A stretch of 64,000 nt of DNA from IMG/VR virus record IMGVR_UViG_3300021400_000447, positions 1 through 64,000 of that record; one strand, 5' to 3'. The first letter of the stretch is position 1; the number at the start of each line of letters is the position of its first letter. The stretch comes from a virus (Duplodnaviria; Caudoviricetes). Below, one piece after another: positions 46,033 through 55,621 of this stretch. Under the pieces are notes generated by a model. The model worked only from the letters and a program-made list of their open reading frames with translations, was not told the origin of the DNA and did not search any database. Position numbers and translations under genes: made by a program.

Positions 46033-46249
46033 TGTCGATGCTGTGATTTCTCATTTCGATAGCTAGCCTCCTAATTACTATACTTCAAGTTACATTGTTT
46101 CTGTACTTAAGGCAGCACCAGCAGCATTAACAGGCATATATGGAACTTGTAAACCATTCCATAAATGTCTTGGCGAATATTATTCTCTTGTTGACAATCC
46201 AAGTTATAGTTATTGCCCGTATTGCGGGAAGAAAGTGGAAACAGAATGA
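46019..46249 (+). CDS. RLID/Zn-ribbon small protein, 1 TAG
   Basis: MRLIDVDAV..YCPYCGKKV; missing from track. Confidence 0.6.
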
Positions 46250-46596
46250 GGCATATTGATGCAGACGCCCTTGTCAGAACAATTGAAGATAAACGCTGTG
46301 CAGACTGTCCAGAAGTAAAGTCGCAACGATGCGGGGCATGTCAATGGGATGACGCGATCGCAATGATTGAGGAAGCACCAACCGCGGGTGGCTGGGTAAA
46401 CGTAAATGACAGGCTGCCAGATGGTGAATGCATTGCATATAGCGCGAAGTGGTTTGAGATGATAATCGGTTATGTCTACAAGGCAACGGCAAGTGATACA
46501 GGGTACGAGGCAGAAAGTGAAAACGAAGTTTTGCGTGATGTCACACATTGGATGCCATTTCCAAAACCACCGGACGAGGTGAACACGAATGCCTGA
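46246..46596 (+). CDS. RHIDAD/DUF551-like small protein
   Basis: MRHIDADAL, CADC..CGAC, WVNVNDRLP, VTHWMPFPKP. Confidence 0.7.
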   Translation: MRHIDADALVRTIEDKRCADCPEVKSQRCGACQWDDAIAMIEEAPTAGGWVNVNDRLPDGECIAYSAKWFEMIIGYVYKATASDTGYEAESENEVLRDVTHWMPFPKPPDEVNTNA

Positions 46597-46936
46597 GTGG
46601 GTGGTTGTAGTGAACTGTCAAGGCCAGCCATTCTTCTATCCGCAGAAAAATCTATTTTGTGGGCTTGTTGCGTTGACATGGCATTATTTGAAAAAGCGAA
46701 AGTATAGAACAATGAATTTCAAACTTAAACAGAGGTGGAGGTGAGCTAGTGTGGGTGATGTGATGATGCTGATTCTAGGGTTCATTGCTGGCTTCCTTTG
46801 CGTTGCTTTAGGAGAGACAAAGGTTCTTGAGAACGCAGTTCACACAGCTTATCAGGACGGTCTCCGGGACGGCGCGGAAGAAGCACTAGCTCGTTAGGAG
46901 GCAAGAGAAAAGCTAGATAATTGAGGTGATTTAGTA

Positions 46937-47197
46937 ATGGGTACTATTATAGCAATAGTGATTTTTGTAGTTGTGGTACTTAGCTCATTCATTGCCGGCT
47001 ATACAACAGGTTATGAAACTCAATGGATTTCAGACGAGAAACTTGCTAATCGTTATAATGGGTGGCTTACAAAAAGAGTTAAACACTTTGTATGCGGTAT
47101 GGTTCATGGGCATGACTGGGAGGATGACACTCCTCTACTCGACCAGGGTATTAAATTCCAAACTTGTAAGAGATGCGGCAAGGAAAGAATGGTTTAA
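46937..47197 (+). CDS. Small membrane protein with C-terminal Cys/His motif
   Basis: GAGGTG RBS; N-terminal TM; C..HGH..CKRC. Confidence 0.6.
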   Translation: MGTIIAIVIFVVVVLSSFIAGYTTGYETQWISDEKLANRYNGWLTKRVKHFVCGMVHGHDWEDDTPLLDQGIKFQTCKRCGKERMV

Positions 47198-47213
47198 TCA
47201 TCTCGTAAAAAAA

Positions 47214-47242
47214 TTGACTAGAGAAAAAAATTTTGATATAAT
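47214..47242 (+). promoter_or_regulatory. sigmaA promoter
   Basis: TTGACT-17-TATAAT, TG extension. Confidence 0.8.
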
Positions 47243-47276
47243 ATATATGAAAGATGAGGAAAGGAAGTAACAAAGC

Positions 47277-47549
47277 ATGCTGTTTAGGTACAAGGTCATG
47301 GTGGCTGAGACTTCTGAATCGCGCAATTATCGAGATGCTGGTATCGTTTCTGCTAATGACCTCATTAGTGCTGTAAAGCGCATTGCAGAGTATCATGGCG
47401 AAGAAAACATTATCGAGCTCCGAATTGAGTCAGTAAATGATATTGTAAGCGATGAAGAGCTTGGTGAAGTGATCGTTCCTGATTACAGAAAAGAGCGAGA
47501 TTGGTGCGATCACACTGCGCCGCTATTCTCTCTTGACAGCGAGGATTAA
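47277..47549 (+). CDS. Acidic hypothetical protein
   Basis: AAGGAAG RBS; ends TAA. Confidence 0.65.
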   Translation: MLFRYKVMVAETSESRNYRDAGIVSANDLISAVKRIAEYHGEENIIELRIESVNDIVSDEELGEVIVPDYRKERDWCDHTAPLFSLDSED

Positions 47550-47562
47550 ACCCCGCTAACAT

Positions 47563-47647
47563 GCTGGTATGGTGAAATAGGCAAACACAGCAGACTTAAA
47601 ATCTGCCGCCGTAAGGCTTGCCGGTTCAAGTCCGGCTACCAGCACCA
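47563..47647 (+). tRNA. tRNA-Leu(TAA)
   Basis: GCAGA-CTTAAAA-TCTGC; long variable arm; encoded CCA. Confidence 0.9.
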
Positions 47648-47912
47648 CCTAAATCAATAGGAGTTTTGAGACGGCTATTAGACTTAATACTCGGTCATAC
47701 TACAAATCCTATTGCCATCATGCGTCTGTAAACGCATGTGCGTCTGTTACAGCAGACAAAAGCGAAGCGACGAATGAGCTGGTACGCTCCCAGCCCTAAA
47801 GGATATATGTCGCCGGACACCTCGCCCGTTGAGGAGGAAAGAATAGGGTAAATGTTCTACCCCTATCACCAAAATGCAAGGGCATGCAGAATGGTTAATT
47901 TGAACATTTTAT

Positions 47913-47994
47913 GCCCGAGTGGCGGAATGGCAGACGCGCTTGACTCAAAATCAAGTTCACAAGAGTGTGGGTTCAAGTCCCACCTTGGGCACCA
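47913..47994 (+). tRNA. tRNA-Leu(CAA)
   Basis: CTTGA-CTCAAAA-TCAAG; long variable arm; encoded CCA. Confidence 0.9.
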
Positions 47995-47997
47995 TAT

Positions 47998-48070
47998 GCT
48001 CCATTAGCCCAATGGCAGAGGCGATGCGCTTAGAACGCATACAGTGAGAGTTCGAATCCCATCGAGAGTG
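47998..48070 (+). pseudogene. Degenerate tRNA with TAG (Leu) anticodon and short variable loop
   Basis: Intact D arm and ATGCG-CTTAGAA-CGCAT; T stem and acceptor 3' strand largely unpaired. Confidence 0.6.
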
Positions 48071-48096
48071 CTGTAAAAATATTGAAGGGAAAAGAA

Positions 48097-48573
48097 ATGC
48101 CGACTTTATATATCATTTGCGGCCCTAGTGGTAGCGGGAAATCTACTTGGGCAAAGAACTACATGATTGAACATGATGAACAAGATATTCGTTATGTTTC
48201 GCGCGATGAAATTCGTTATTCAATCGTTCATGATGATGAACCTTATTTTTCTCATGAACGTGAAGTTTTTCGCAAGTTTGTATCTACCATTGTAAACACG
48301 CTAATTGACGGATTTGACGTTATTGCTGATGCAACGCATCTTAATAGTGCTTCCCGCGCGAAGCTAACAAATGCAATCGATGCACGCTATTCTGATTATG
48401 ATATTATTTACGTAGTATTTAATGTTCATATTTCTGAGTGTATTCGGCGTAATGGTCTGCGAGAAGGACGAATGTGTGTGCCTGATGGTGTTATCGATCG
48501 GCAATTCCATGATTTTTACGCTCCTACGCTTGAAGAAGATGTACGAGCGACTCGCATAATTTACGTATATTAA
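48097..48573 (+). CDS. P-loop kinase (polynucleotide-kinase/AAA_33-like)
   Basis: GPSGSGKST, SRDEIR, DATHL, ECIRRN..R...VP..VI. Confidence 0.8.
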   Translation: MPTLYIICGPSGSGKSTWAKNYMIEHDEQDIRYVSRDEIRYSIVHDDEPYFSHEREVFRKFVSTIVNTLIDGFDVIADATHLNSASRAKLTNAIDARYSDYDIIYVVFNVHISECIRRNGLREGRMCVPDGVIDRQFHDFYAPTLEEDVRATRIIYVY

Positions 48574-48576
48574 AAT

Positions 48577-48605
48577 TTGACTTTTAAGAAAAAATGTAAT
48601 ATAAT
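48577..48605 (+). promoter_or_regulatory. sigmaA promoter
   Basis: TTGACT-17-TATAAT. Confidence 0.75.
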
Positions 48606-48640
48606 ATATATATATGTAAGATGAGAAAGGGGCTAGAAAT

Positions 48641-48946
48641 ATGAAACCGTATAGTATGGGAAGCCACAAGCGTCGTAAGCATCAGCGCTGGCTGAATGCG
48701 TTCTGCCGTGAAGTGAATAAAACAATGGAACATGATCCTCTGTGGATGGGCAGATTCGTTGTCGAGCAGAAGCGGACTGAAATGCATTGGTTTCCTGACA
48801 ATAGCGGCGGCGTACTTTGGTGTGTGCTTCAGTTTAGAGACAAGAAAACTGGCCAAACCAAATTCTGGCCAACAACCTGCTTTACTGCGACTTGGGACAT
48901 TTGGGAACGTATGAATGATTTCATTGTAAATGATTGTAAGGCATGA
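48641..48946 (+). CDS. Hypothetical protein
   Basis: AAGGGG RBS; ends TGA. Confidence 0.65.
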   Translation: MKPYSMGSHKRRKHQRWLNAFCREVNKTMEHDPLWMGRFVVEQKRTEMHWFPDNSGGVLWCVLQFRDKKTGQTKFWPTTCFTATWDIWERMNDFIVNDCKA

Positions 48947-49131
48947 AGAAAAGAAGGAGTACACAAATGAACGATAATGCAGCAAGAATTGAACTTACAT
49001 ATTATCCGGCAGATAATAGCAGAGAACGTTATCGCGAACTTGTCTGCGATGTAAACGAAGATCTAACGTTTGAAGAATTTGCGTAGATTTGTAATTATTT
49101 TGGAGCTGTATTGGGTTTCAGAGACAGATAT

Positions 49132-49160
49132 TTGACTCCAAACTAAGAATATGATATAAT
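49132..49160 (+). promoter_or_regulatory. sigmaA promoter of the 594-nt RNA
   Basis: TTGACT-17-TATAAT, TG extension; 8 nt upstream of the RNA 5' helix. Confidence 0.85.
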
Positions 49161-49168
49161 AAATATAA

Positions 49169-49762
49169 GGAGCATTTTCCTTAATAAATGATTGACCCAA
49201 GTGCAGATGTGCCAACCACACTGCTTGGGCTATCTGAATAACAGCCATACGTTACGGCCCGGGATACTAGGCACACGCGGCCGCCGAAACAGCAATGCTA
49301 GGCGATAGGAAGAAACTTCTAATGTTAAGGATAGGCGCTTAAATATTCGCAATCAAAAGTATTATTCCTCTTGGCCACATAATAGAAAGCTCATTGAATA
49401 GGTGAGCCGAATCCAGATAAGGTGGTAGCTGGTAACTGCTGCAAACTCTGGAATTACCATAAGTGGCTAATGTCGATGAAAGCCAGAAATGGCATATAAA
49501 AGAGGTTTAAAGTAAAAGTAGGCCAATACGACATTAATTGTATGTTAACACATAAGCAAGTATGCTTAATATGATTATTGCTGAATGGTTTGGCTGAAAT
49601 TTCAGGGTAAGCAATCCCTGCTATACATGGCTGTAAAGCGGGTTAAGAAAGTTACGGGGTAGCTCCTTGTGGCTCAGCTCTTAATTCTATAGTGACTGAA
49701 TATGATTGAAGAATATTATAAGTATGGCGAAGGCTGCAATCATTTGTTAAGGAAAATGCTCC
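49169..49762 (+). ncRNA. Large ornate non-coding RNA, 594 nt (ROOL/GOLLD-like candidate)
   Basis: 49169-49194 pairs with 49737-49762 (26 bp, one G.U); nested GCCATAC/GTATGGC; many internal hairpins; no credible ORF. Confidence 0.75.
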
Positions 49763-49784
49763 TAATTTTTATTTAGGTGATTCT

Positions 49785-50729
49785 ATGGCAGAAAACAAAT
49801 TTACCGCGACAGATTTGAAAGAAATGCAATCATAGGATTTGGCATGGAAAATCTAGCGTACTGTTGCGAAATTATTGGAATTTTATAATTATTATGACGG
49901 AAAAGTATATATAAGTTTTTCTGGCGGGAAAGACAGCACTGTTTTACTACATATTGCACGAAGGTTATTTCCTGATATAAAAGCCGTATATTCAGATACC
50001 GGTTTGGAATATCCTGAGATAAAAGAATTTGTAAAAACATGGGATAACGTAGATATAATTCGTCCAAAAAGAACTTTCAGGCAAGTAATAGAATAGTTTG
50101 GATATCCTGTTGTAAGTAAATATGTCGCTGGTTACGTTTCAACCGCGCGAAAACATCCAGAATCAACTCGCGCGCAATATTTACGCGGTGAAATACAATC
50201 CAAAGCGTTCGGCTTTGGAGATGGAAAGTGGGCATATTTAGTAGACGCACCATTCAAGATTAGCGCTTGGTGCTGCGATGTAATGAAAAAATAGCCACTA
50301 CATCAATATCAACGTGAAACTGGCCTGTATCCAATCGTTGGAACGCTCGCAGAAGAATCTATGTCCCGTAGGAATCAATGGTTAAAACAAGGCTGCAATG
50401 TTTTTGATACTAAAGAACCAATTAGTAAGCCTTTGTCATTTTGGACGACAAATGATATTCTCCAATATTTAAAAGAGTTCAATGTGCCCTATTGCCCAAT
50501 ATATGGAGAAATCATAGAAGATAAAAATGGTAAGTTACATACATCTAAACTACGCGCAACTGGTTGCATTTTTTGTATGTTCGGCGCGCACTTAGAAAAA
50601 GAACCAAATCGTTTTTAGCAGTTAAAGATAACCCATCCAAAAATTTGGGAATATTGCTTAAGACCATGGGACAAAGGCGGATTAGGCATGAAAGAAGTGT
50701 TAGAATATTTAAATATCAAATATGAATGA
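49785..50729 (+). CDS. PAPS-reductase-family protein, 5 TAG
   Basis: SFSGGKDSTVL, DTGLEYPEI, CCDVMKK.P, GTLAEES..R, RATGCIFCMFG, RF-Q(TAG)-QLK.THPK. Confidence 0.85.
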
Positions 50730-51168
50730 CATTAAATTATATATTAGCTACTGGTGGCAAGTAAGAAATTTTCCAAAAAATCTCATTGGTTTAAATACTA
50801 CGATTTGGCCACCAAAATATCGACCGTTAGGGCAAGATAATCGTGGCGTTTGGGTACTTGATTGCCCGCCACTTAAACCAGGAGCAAGTTGTAATAACCT
50901 TTGTAGAGGGGATTGTTGCCCAAAACATCCACATAATTGTGATTTCTTACGAAAATATAAACAACAATTGGATGCCATAGATTTTAATGAATTTATGGCC
51001 AAGCTAAATGCAATTAAAGAAAAGATTAGCAACGGTGAACAACTACAAGATATTGCTTTTGCCTTCATTGTTTTTGAAGCGCCAAATAACCCATGTAGTG
51101 AACGTGTGATGATTCGTAAGTGGTTTTTAGAGCACAATATTGATATTCCAGAATGGAAGAAAAATTGA
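50722..51168 (+). CDS. Hypothetical protein, DUF488-like
   Basis: YISY start, F.RKY..QL..ID, FE.P...CSER...W pattern. Confidence 0.5.
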   Translation: MNDIKLYISYWWQVRNFPKNLIGLNTTIWPPKYRPLGQDNRGVWVLDCPPLKPGASCNNLCRGDCCPKHPHNCDFLRKYKQQLDAIDFNEFMAKLNAIKEKISNGEQLQDIAFAFIVFEAPNNPCSERVMIRKWFLEHNIDIPEWKKN

Positions 51169-51193
51169 CTTAACTATAAAATTTTGTTATAAT
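51165..51193 (+). promoter_or_regulatory. sigmaA promoter
   Basis: TTGACT-17-TATAAT, TG extension. Confidence 0.8.
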
Positions 51194-51401
51194 AATATTG
51201 AACGATGAAGAAAGGAGAAAATATTCTATGCGTCATACAGTGTTTTCCTCTTCTTGGAGCCGCGTACAGCAAGCGATTGAGCTAGACGACGGCGAGTAGT
51301 TCAAGCCGGTACGAAGATGAAAATTCTTTAGAGCAGACAAATTGCGGCCAATCGAATGCCGGTACCGCACTCTAATATGAGGATATATTGAGGAAATAAG
51401 A

Positions 51402-51965
51402 ATGAATAAAATCTTTTTTACAAGCGATACACATTTTTGTCATGATAAAGATTTTGTATGGCAGAAACGTGGTTTTTCTAGTGTTCAGGATATGAATGCA
51501 GCACTAGTGTGCAGATGGAACGAAGTTGTTGATGAAGACGACACAGTTTTTCATCTTGGCGATTTAGCACTTGGCGACGTTGAAGAAGCTATGACGTACA
51601 TTCGCCAGTTAAAAGGACAAATAATTTGGATCGGCGGTAATCATGATACAGAAAATAAAATTCAAAGGATTACACGGCATAATCTAAATATTAATTTTGT
51701 AGGTTATGCGTATATTATGAAATATCATAAACTTCATTTTTATCTTTCTCACTATCCTACCATCACAGCCAACTTTGATGATAAATATTTTTCGCAGCAC
51801 GTAATTAACCTTCACGGACATACGCATCAAGTAGATCACTTTATGACTGTTGAAAACCCTTTTATGTATAACGTTGGTGTTGATGCTTGCAATAATACGC
51901 CGATTGAAATTGACAAGGTAATTGATGATATATCTTGTAGATGGAGGGCGTTGCAAGAGGAATAA
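51402..51965 (+). CDS. Calcineurin-like metallophosphoesterase
   Basis: SDTHFCH, HLGD, GNHD, SHYP, HGHTH. Confidence 0.9.
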   Translation: MNKIFFTSDTHFCHDKDFVWQKRGFSSVQDMNAALVCRWNEVVDEDDTVFHLGDLALGDVEEAMTYIRQLKGQIIWIGGNHDTENKIQRITRHNLNINFVGYAYIMKYHKLHFYLSHYPTITANFDDKYFSQHVINLHGHTHQVDHFMTVENPFMYNVGVDACNNTPIEIDKVIDDISCRWRALQEE

Positions 51966-51982
51966 TTAATTGGGGTGATTGC

Positions 51983-52960
51983 ATGCCCACTTTGACAGCA
52001 ACAAGTTGGACAGAGACAAAAACGACTAATATATATATTGGTACTGAAAATCACTATGGTTCAACATTCAGTTTTAATTATAATTTAGAAGCATCAAATT
52101 TAGAAATATTAGACGCATATTTAACAGTAACTAATCCGCCCGTACAATGTCAAAGTTATGCCTATGTAACAATTGGCGGGATTAATTATGGCCTTTTAAG
52201 TGATGATGCAACAAAAGGTATTTGTTAGAAAAATGGTACTACAATAATACACTATGATGGCGCAGGTGGCTACAAATCTAAAGATGACTTTCCACAACCA
52301 AGTGGAACTGTATCTGTTAGATTTCGTCATAGTGGCACAACCACTTATACAATACCATCAATTACATTAACAATTGAATTTGGAGCAAGCGTAAAATTGG
52401 TCTGGCCAGCAACAAGCGGAGCAACCACTTATACGTAGCACCCACGCTTTCGCTTAAAAAATCCAACATCTTCAACGATAACATATAAATATAAGATAAA
52501 GGACAACACAAACAATACAACTATTACTAGCTCAAATGTATCTGTTGGTAGTGTAAATGCAAACGCTGAAGCATAGTTTAGATATACAAGCACCAATTTA
52601 ACGCGAAATCATGAATATAGTTTGCAAATATTTAATAACAATGGCACTGCATCGATTGCCTCTAAAATATTCTATGTAGCCGCGGCAGCGCCAACAGCAG
52701 TATCACAAAATGGCAAAATAAAAGCATCTGATATGCAGAATTTGGCGCAATATATAAATAATCTATCAAGTTATTATGGATCAACCGCGACCGCGCCTAC
52801 AGTACCAACGGCAGGTAGCAAGATTTAGTTAGCAGATTTTAGCACATTTATAACGGCGGCTAATGCACTGCCATCTACAACAACAGTGAGCGCACCGTCA
52901 AATCCGATTAGCGCATCGTATTACAATACATATATTAACAATATAATTAAAGATTGGTAA
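51983..52960 (+). CDS. Thr/Ser-rich beta-strand structural-like protein (~325 aa), 4 TAG
   Basis: Two track fragments in one frame; ends TAA; composition like tail proteins. Confidence 0.7.
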
Positions 52961-52969
52961 GGAGTTAAA

Positions 52970-53356
52970 ATGAATCTAGATACCACCCTTTACACAAACA
53001 AGCAAGTTCTTTTTAAGCATAACGGCGCATGGTGTGCTGGCAAGCTACTCGCCGCGCATCTAACCGAATCAGACCTTGTTTTCTCAATAATGGACACATC
53101 AAATATGATGCACGAGGCTGACATTAATCATCTTTATCTTTATGCACGTAAAATCGCTCCATATGAACAAGCATATCTTATTTCTAAGGATTCGTTCATT
53201 CCAATGATTGATGAGCTAGAACTTACAAATGGAGATTGTGAAGATGGCGCCATGAGCGATGGAGAATATATTTATTATCCGCTTGCTAAAATGAATAGCA
53301 ATTGGCTAGAAAAGCAACCGTTTGAATACGTTTTCTGGACTGGTCGCACGATGTAA
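52970..53356 (+). CDS. Hypothetical protein
   Basis: AAGGAG RBS; ends TAA. Confidence 0.7.
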   Translation: MNLDTTLYTNKQVLFKHNGAWCAGKLLAAHLTESDLVFSIMDTSNMMHEADINHLYLYARKIAPYEQAYLISKDSFIPMIDELELTNGDCEDGAMSDGEYIYYPLAKMNSNWLEKQPFEYVFWTGRTM

Positions 53357-53377
53357 AAAATTTTTCTGGAGAAAAAC

Positions 53378-53406
53378 TTGTATTTTCTCCATTTTTTTGC
53401 TATAAT
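53378..53406 (+). promoter_or_regulatory. sigmaA promoter
   Basis: TTGTAT-17-TATAAT, TG extension. Confidence 0.7.
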
Positions 53407-53435
53407 AATTATAGTAAATGAAAGGAGCAAGGTTG

Positions 53436-54278
53436 ATGGCAGTCGCAAAATCTTATGAAAATATGACTATTTCTGGTGAACCGTTTTCCCAAGATGGAAA
53501 AATGTACGTCAAAGTCATCGGGCCTTGCTCTCGTTGCGGCGGCACCGGAAATTACTCTTATAATCAAGTGTACGGTACAACATGCTTCAAATGTAATGGA
53601 AGCGGGAAAAACGCGTTGGTTGTCCGTTGGTATACTGATGCGCAGCGTGCGACAATGGACAAGGCAGCTGAAAAACGTGCGGCGATAAAGAAGGATAAAG
53701 TTGAAGAACGCCGCATTAAGTTTTCTGCTCGAAACGCATTTGGATTTGGTGATGCTGGTTACATTACCATCTTTAAAGGTAACAATGATATTCTGAACAA
53801 TTGGGCGCATGAAACGAACCCGTGTCGCGCAAGATTTAATTTGCTCTTTGGATGGTTTTGCCCGTCCACATTAGAAATTGTAAATCTGCCGAGTGAAGTA
53901 ACTCCGATTGTTCTTAATTGGGATATGGTTCGTGATCCGAATGATGCGAAAAATTTAACCATGCGTAGCGATGATGAGGTTCGTAAAATTATTCGCAATC
54001 TAATTGGTGAAAATAGTACAAGCACTTATCAGGGTGAAGTTGGTGACTGGATTGAACGGAAAGTAACCATCAAAAAGAATATCGCTACAGAAAGTAAATA
54101 TGGAAAAAGCCGTATCCATATTATGGAAGATGAAGATGGTAATGTCTATGTATGGATAACCGCGTCAAAAAGCATTGCAGTTGATACTACTTGTTTGATG
54201 CGTATGAAAGTCAAAGAGCATAAAGAGTATGAAGATGTTCAGCAGACTGTAGTGTATTATTGTAAGGTTAAGGAGTAA
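53436..54278 (+). CDS. Zn-finger plus C-terminal OB-fold-like protein
   Basis: CSRCGGTG..CFKCNGSG; YQGEVGD.IE..VTIK..YG...D..GN.Y.W..KVK.H.EY. Confidence 0.7.
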   Translation: MAVAKSYENMTISGEPFSQDGKMYVKVIGPCSRCGGTGNYSYNQVYGTTCFKCNGSGKNALVVRWYTDAQRATMDKAAEKRAAIKKDKVEERRIKFSARNAFGFGDAGYITIFKGNNDILNNWAHETNPCRARFNLLFGWFCPSTLEIVNLPSEVTPIVLNWDMVRDPNDAKNLTMRSDDEVRKIIRNLIGENSTSTYQGEVGDWIERKVTIKKNIATESKYGKSRIHIMEDEDGNVYVWITASKSIAVDTTCLMRMKVKEHKEYEDVQQTVVYYCKVKE

Positions 54279-54281
54279 AGT

Positions 54282-54530
54282 ATGATCCTATATTTTGAAA
54301 ACAGCGATGGTGAGTGGCGCCCAATCGCTGATTGCAAAGATAAGATTGAAGTCGGAATCGCAATCAAGAGATTTCTTGATGAGCATCATTATAAAGCACC
54401 GTATACACGAATATGGGAGAAAAACGGCTGGCGGCATTATGATTGCGGCAGTTGGACAGAATTTTTCCATTGGCAAATTTCATCAGATGCAGTTGTACCT
54501 AGTAAGGTAAAAGGAGAAGAACATGAATAA
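54282..54530 (+). CDS. Conserved phage hypothetical protein (DCGSWTEFF)
   Basis: AAGGAG RBS; YTRIW..DCGSW.EFF motif. Confidence 0.7.
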   Translation: MILYFENSDGEWRPIADCKDKIEVGIAIKRFLDEHHYKAPYTRIWEKNGWRHYDCGSWTEFFHWQISSDAVVPSKVKGEEHE

Positions 54531-54663
54531 TAAGACTAAGATTGCAGTACTTACTGCTCGTATGGCAGTTCTTGAATCTCGTGGCGGCGCGCAAAACTGG
54601 AACATTATTGCAAAGATTAAGCGTCGTATTAGGAAGCTCATGGCAATGGATGAAGGTTGAAGA

Positions 54664-55512
54664 ATGCTACATAAGGTGTACTTTTTTACTGATATTCACG
54701 GGCAAGAACAGCTATACGACAATATTGTAAATTGGTGCAAACAAAACGATAAACATTGTACAATTATTTATGGTGGAGATGCGTGTGATCGCGGTGAAAG
54801 TGGATATATGATTATGAAAAAGTTGCTTCAAGACCATAATATTGCATATTTAAAAGGAAATCATGAGGATACTTTTGTTCGCGCCGCGCGAGCATTAAAA
54901 AATTCTGAAGTGTGCCATTATGCGTATAAAGACAGAAAAAGCATTTCAAAAGCACTTTTAGATTATGCAAATCATGTAAGTTTTTATTACGAAGATGGTT
55001 CATCTGTCCGCCTATCTATTACCAATGGCGGCGAATCCACATTGTGTGATTGGATAGCCGATGGAATGCCAATGGATATTGTTGAAGCAATAGATGCACT
55101 ACCCTATACTTATTCATATGGCTCATTAGATTTTTGTCATGCTGGTGGCACATACGAAGGATTTTTTAGAATTAAATATGATCAAGGTGACATGTGGGAT
55201 ATAAATGAAATTCTGTGGGAAAGATCATATTTTGGAGTTTCTTGGCGACCTGGCCGCGTTTGTGTTTATGGCCATACGCCAACAACTTATATTGATCCAA
55301 ACCTACATACACTTGGCCCACTAACAATCGATAAAATTCGACCAGTACGACTATTGTCTGATAGAATTATTATGGATGTCGGATCTGCATTTACAGATAA
55401 ATGCTATGTTCTAGATTGCGACACAATGTTGGCACATGAATTTTTAACTAAAGATCATATCATTCATATCGATGAACATATATTTGATTTAAACAAGGAG
55501 GAAAACAGTTAA
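54664..55512 (+). CDS. Metallophosphoesterase (lambda-type Ser/Thr phosphatase-like)
   Basis: DIHG, GDACDRG, GNHE, HAG, GHTP. Confidence 0.9.
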   Translation: MLHKVYFFTDIHGQEQLYDNIVNWCKQNDKHCTIIYGGDACDRGESGYMIMKKLLQDHNIAYLKGNHEDTFVRAARALKNSEVCHYAYKDRKSISKALLDYANHVSFYYEDGSSVRLSITNGGESTLCDWIADGMPMDIVEAIDALPYTYSYGSLDFCHAGGTYEGFFRIKYDQGDMWDINEILWERSYFGVSWRPGRVCVYGHTPTTYIDPNLHTLGPLTIDKIRPVRLLSDRIIMDVGSAFTDKCYVLDCDTMLAHEFLTKDHIIHIDEHIFDLNKEENS

Positions 55513-55621
55513 TGATTAGTGCTTGGTGGCTACTATTAATTATACCGATAAGCGCAACAATCGGTGCGTTTGCTTCTGCGCTTATGATGGCTGTTTCCCA
55601 ACATCATAAGGAGTGACATTT

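Noticed and set aside
37447-48080. Theta (HDV-like) ribozymes behind tRNAs
   Set aside because: I inspected each tRNA 3' trailer and found none with the full P1-P2-P3/L3-P1.1-J4/2 order; a pattern search could still find a divergent one
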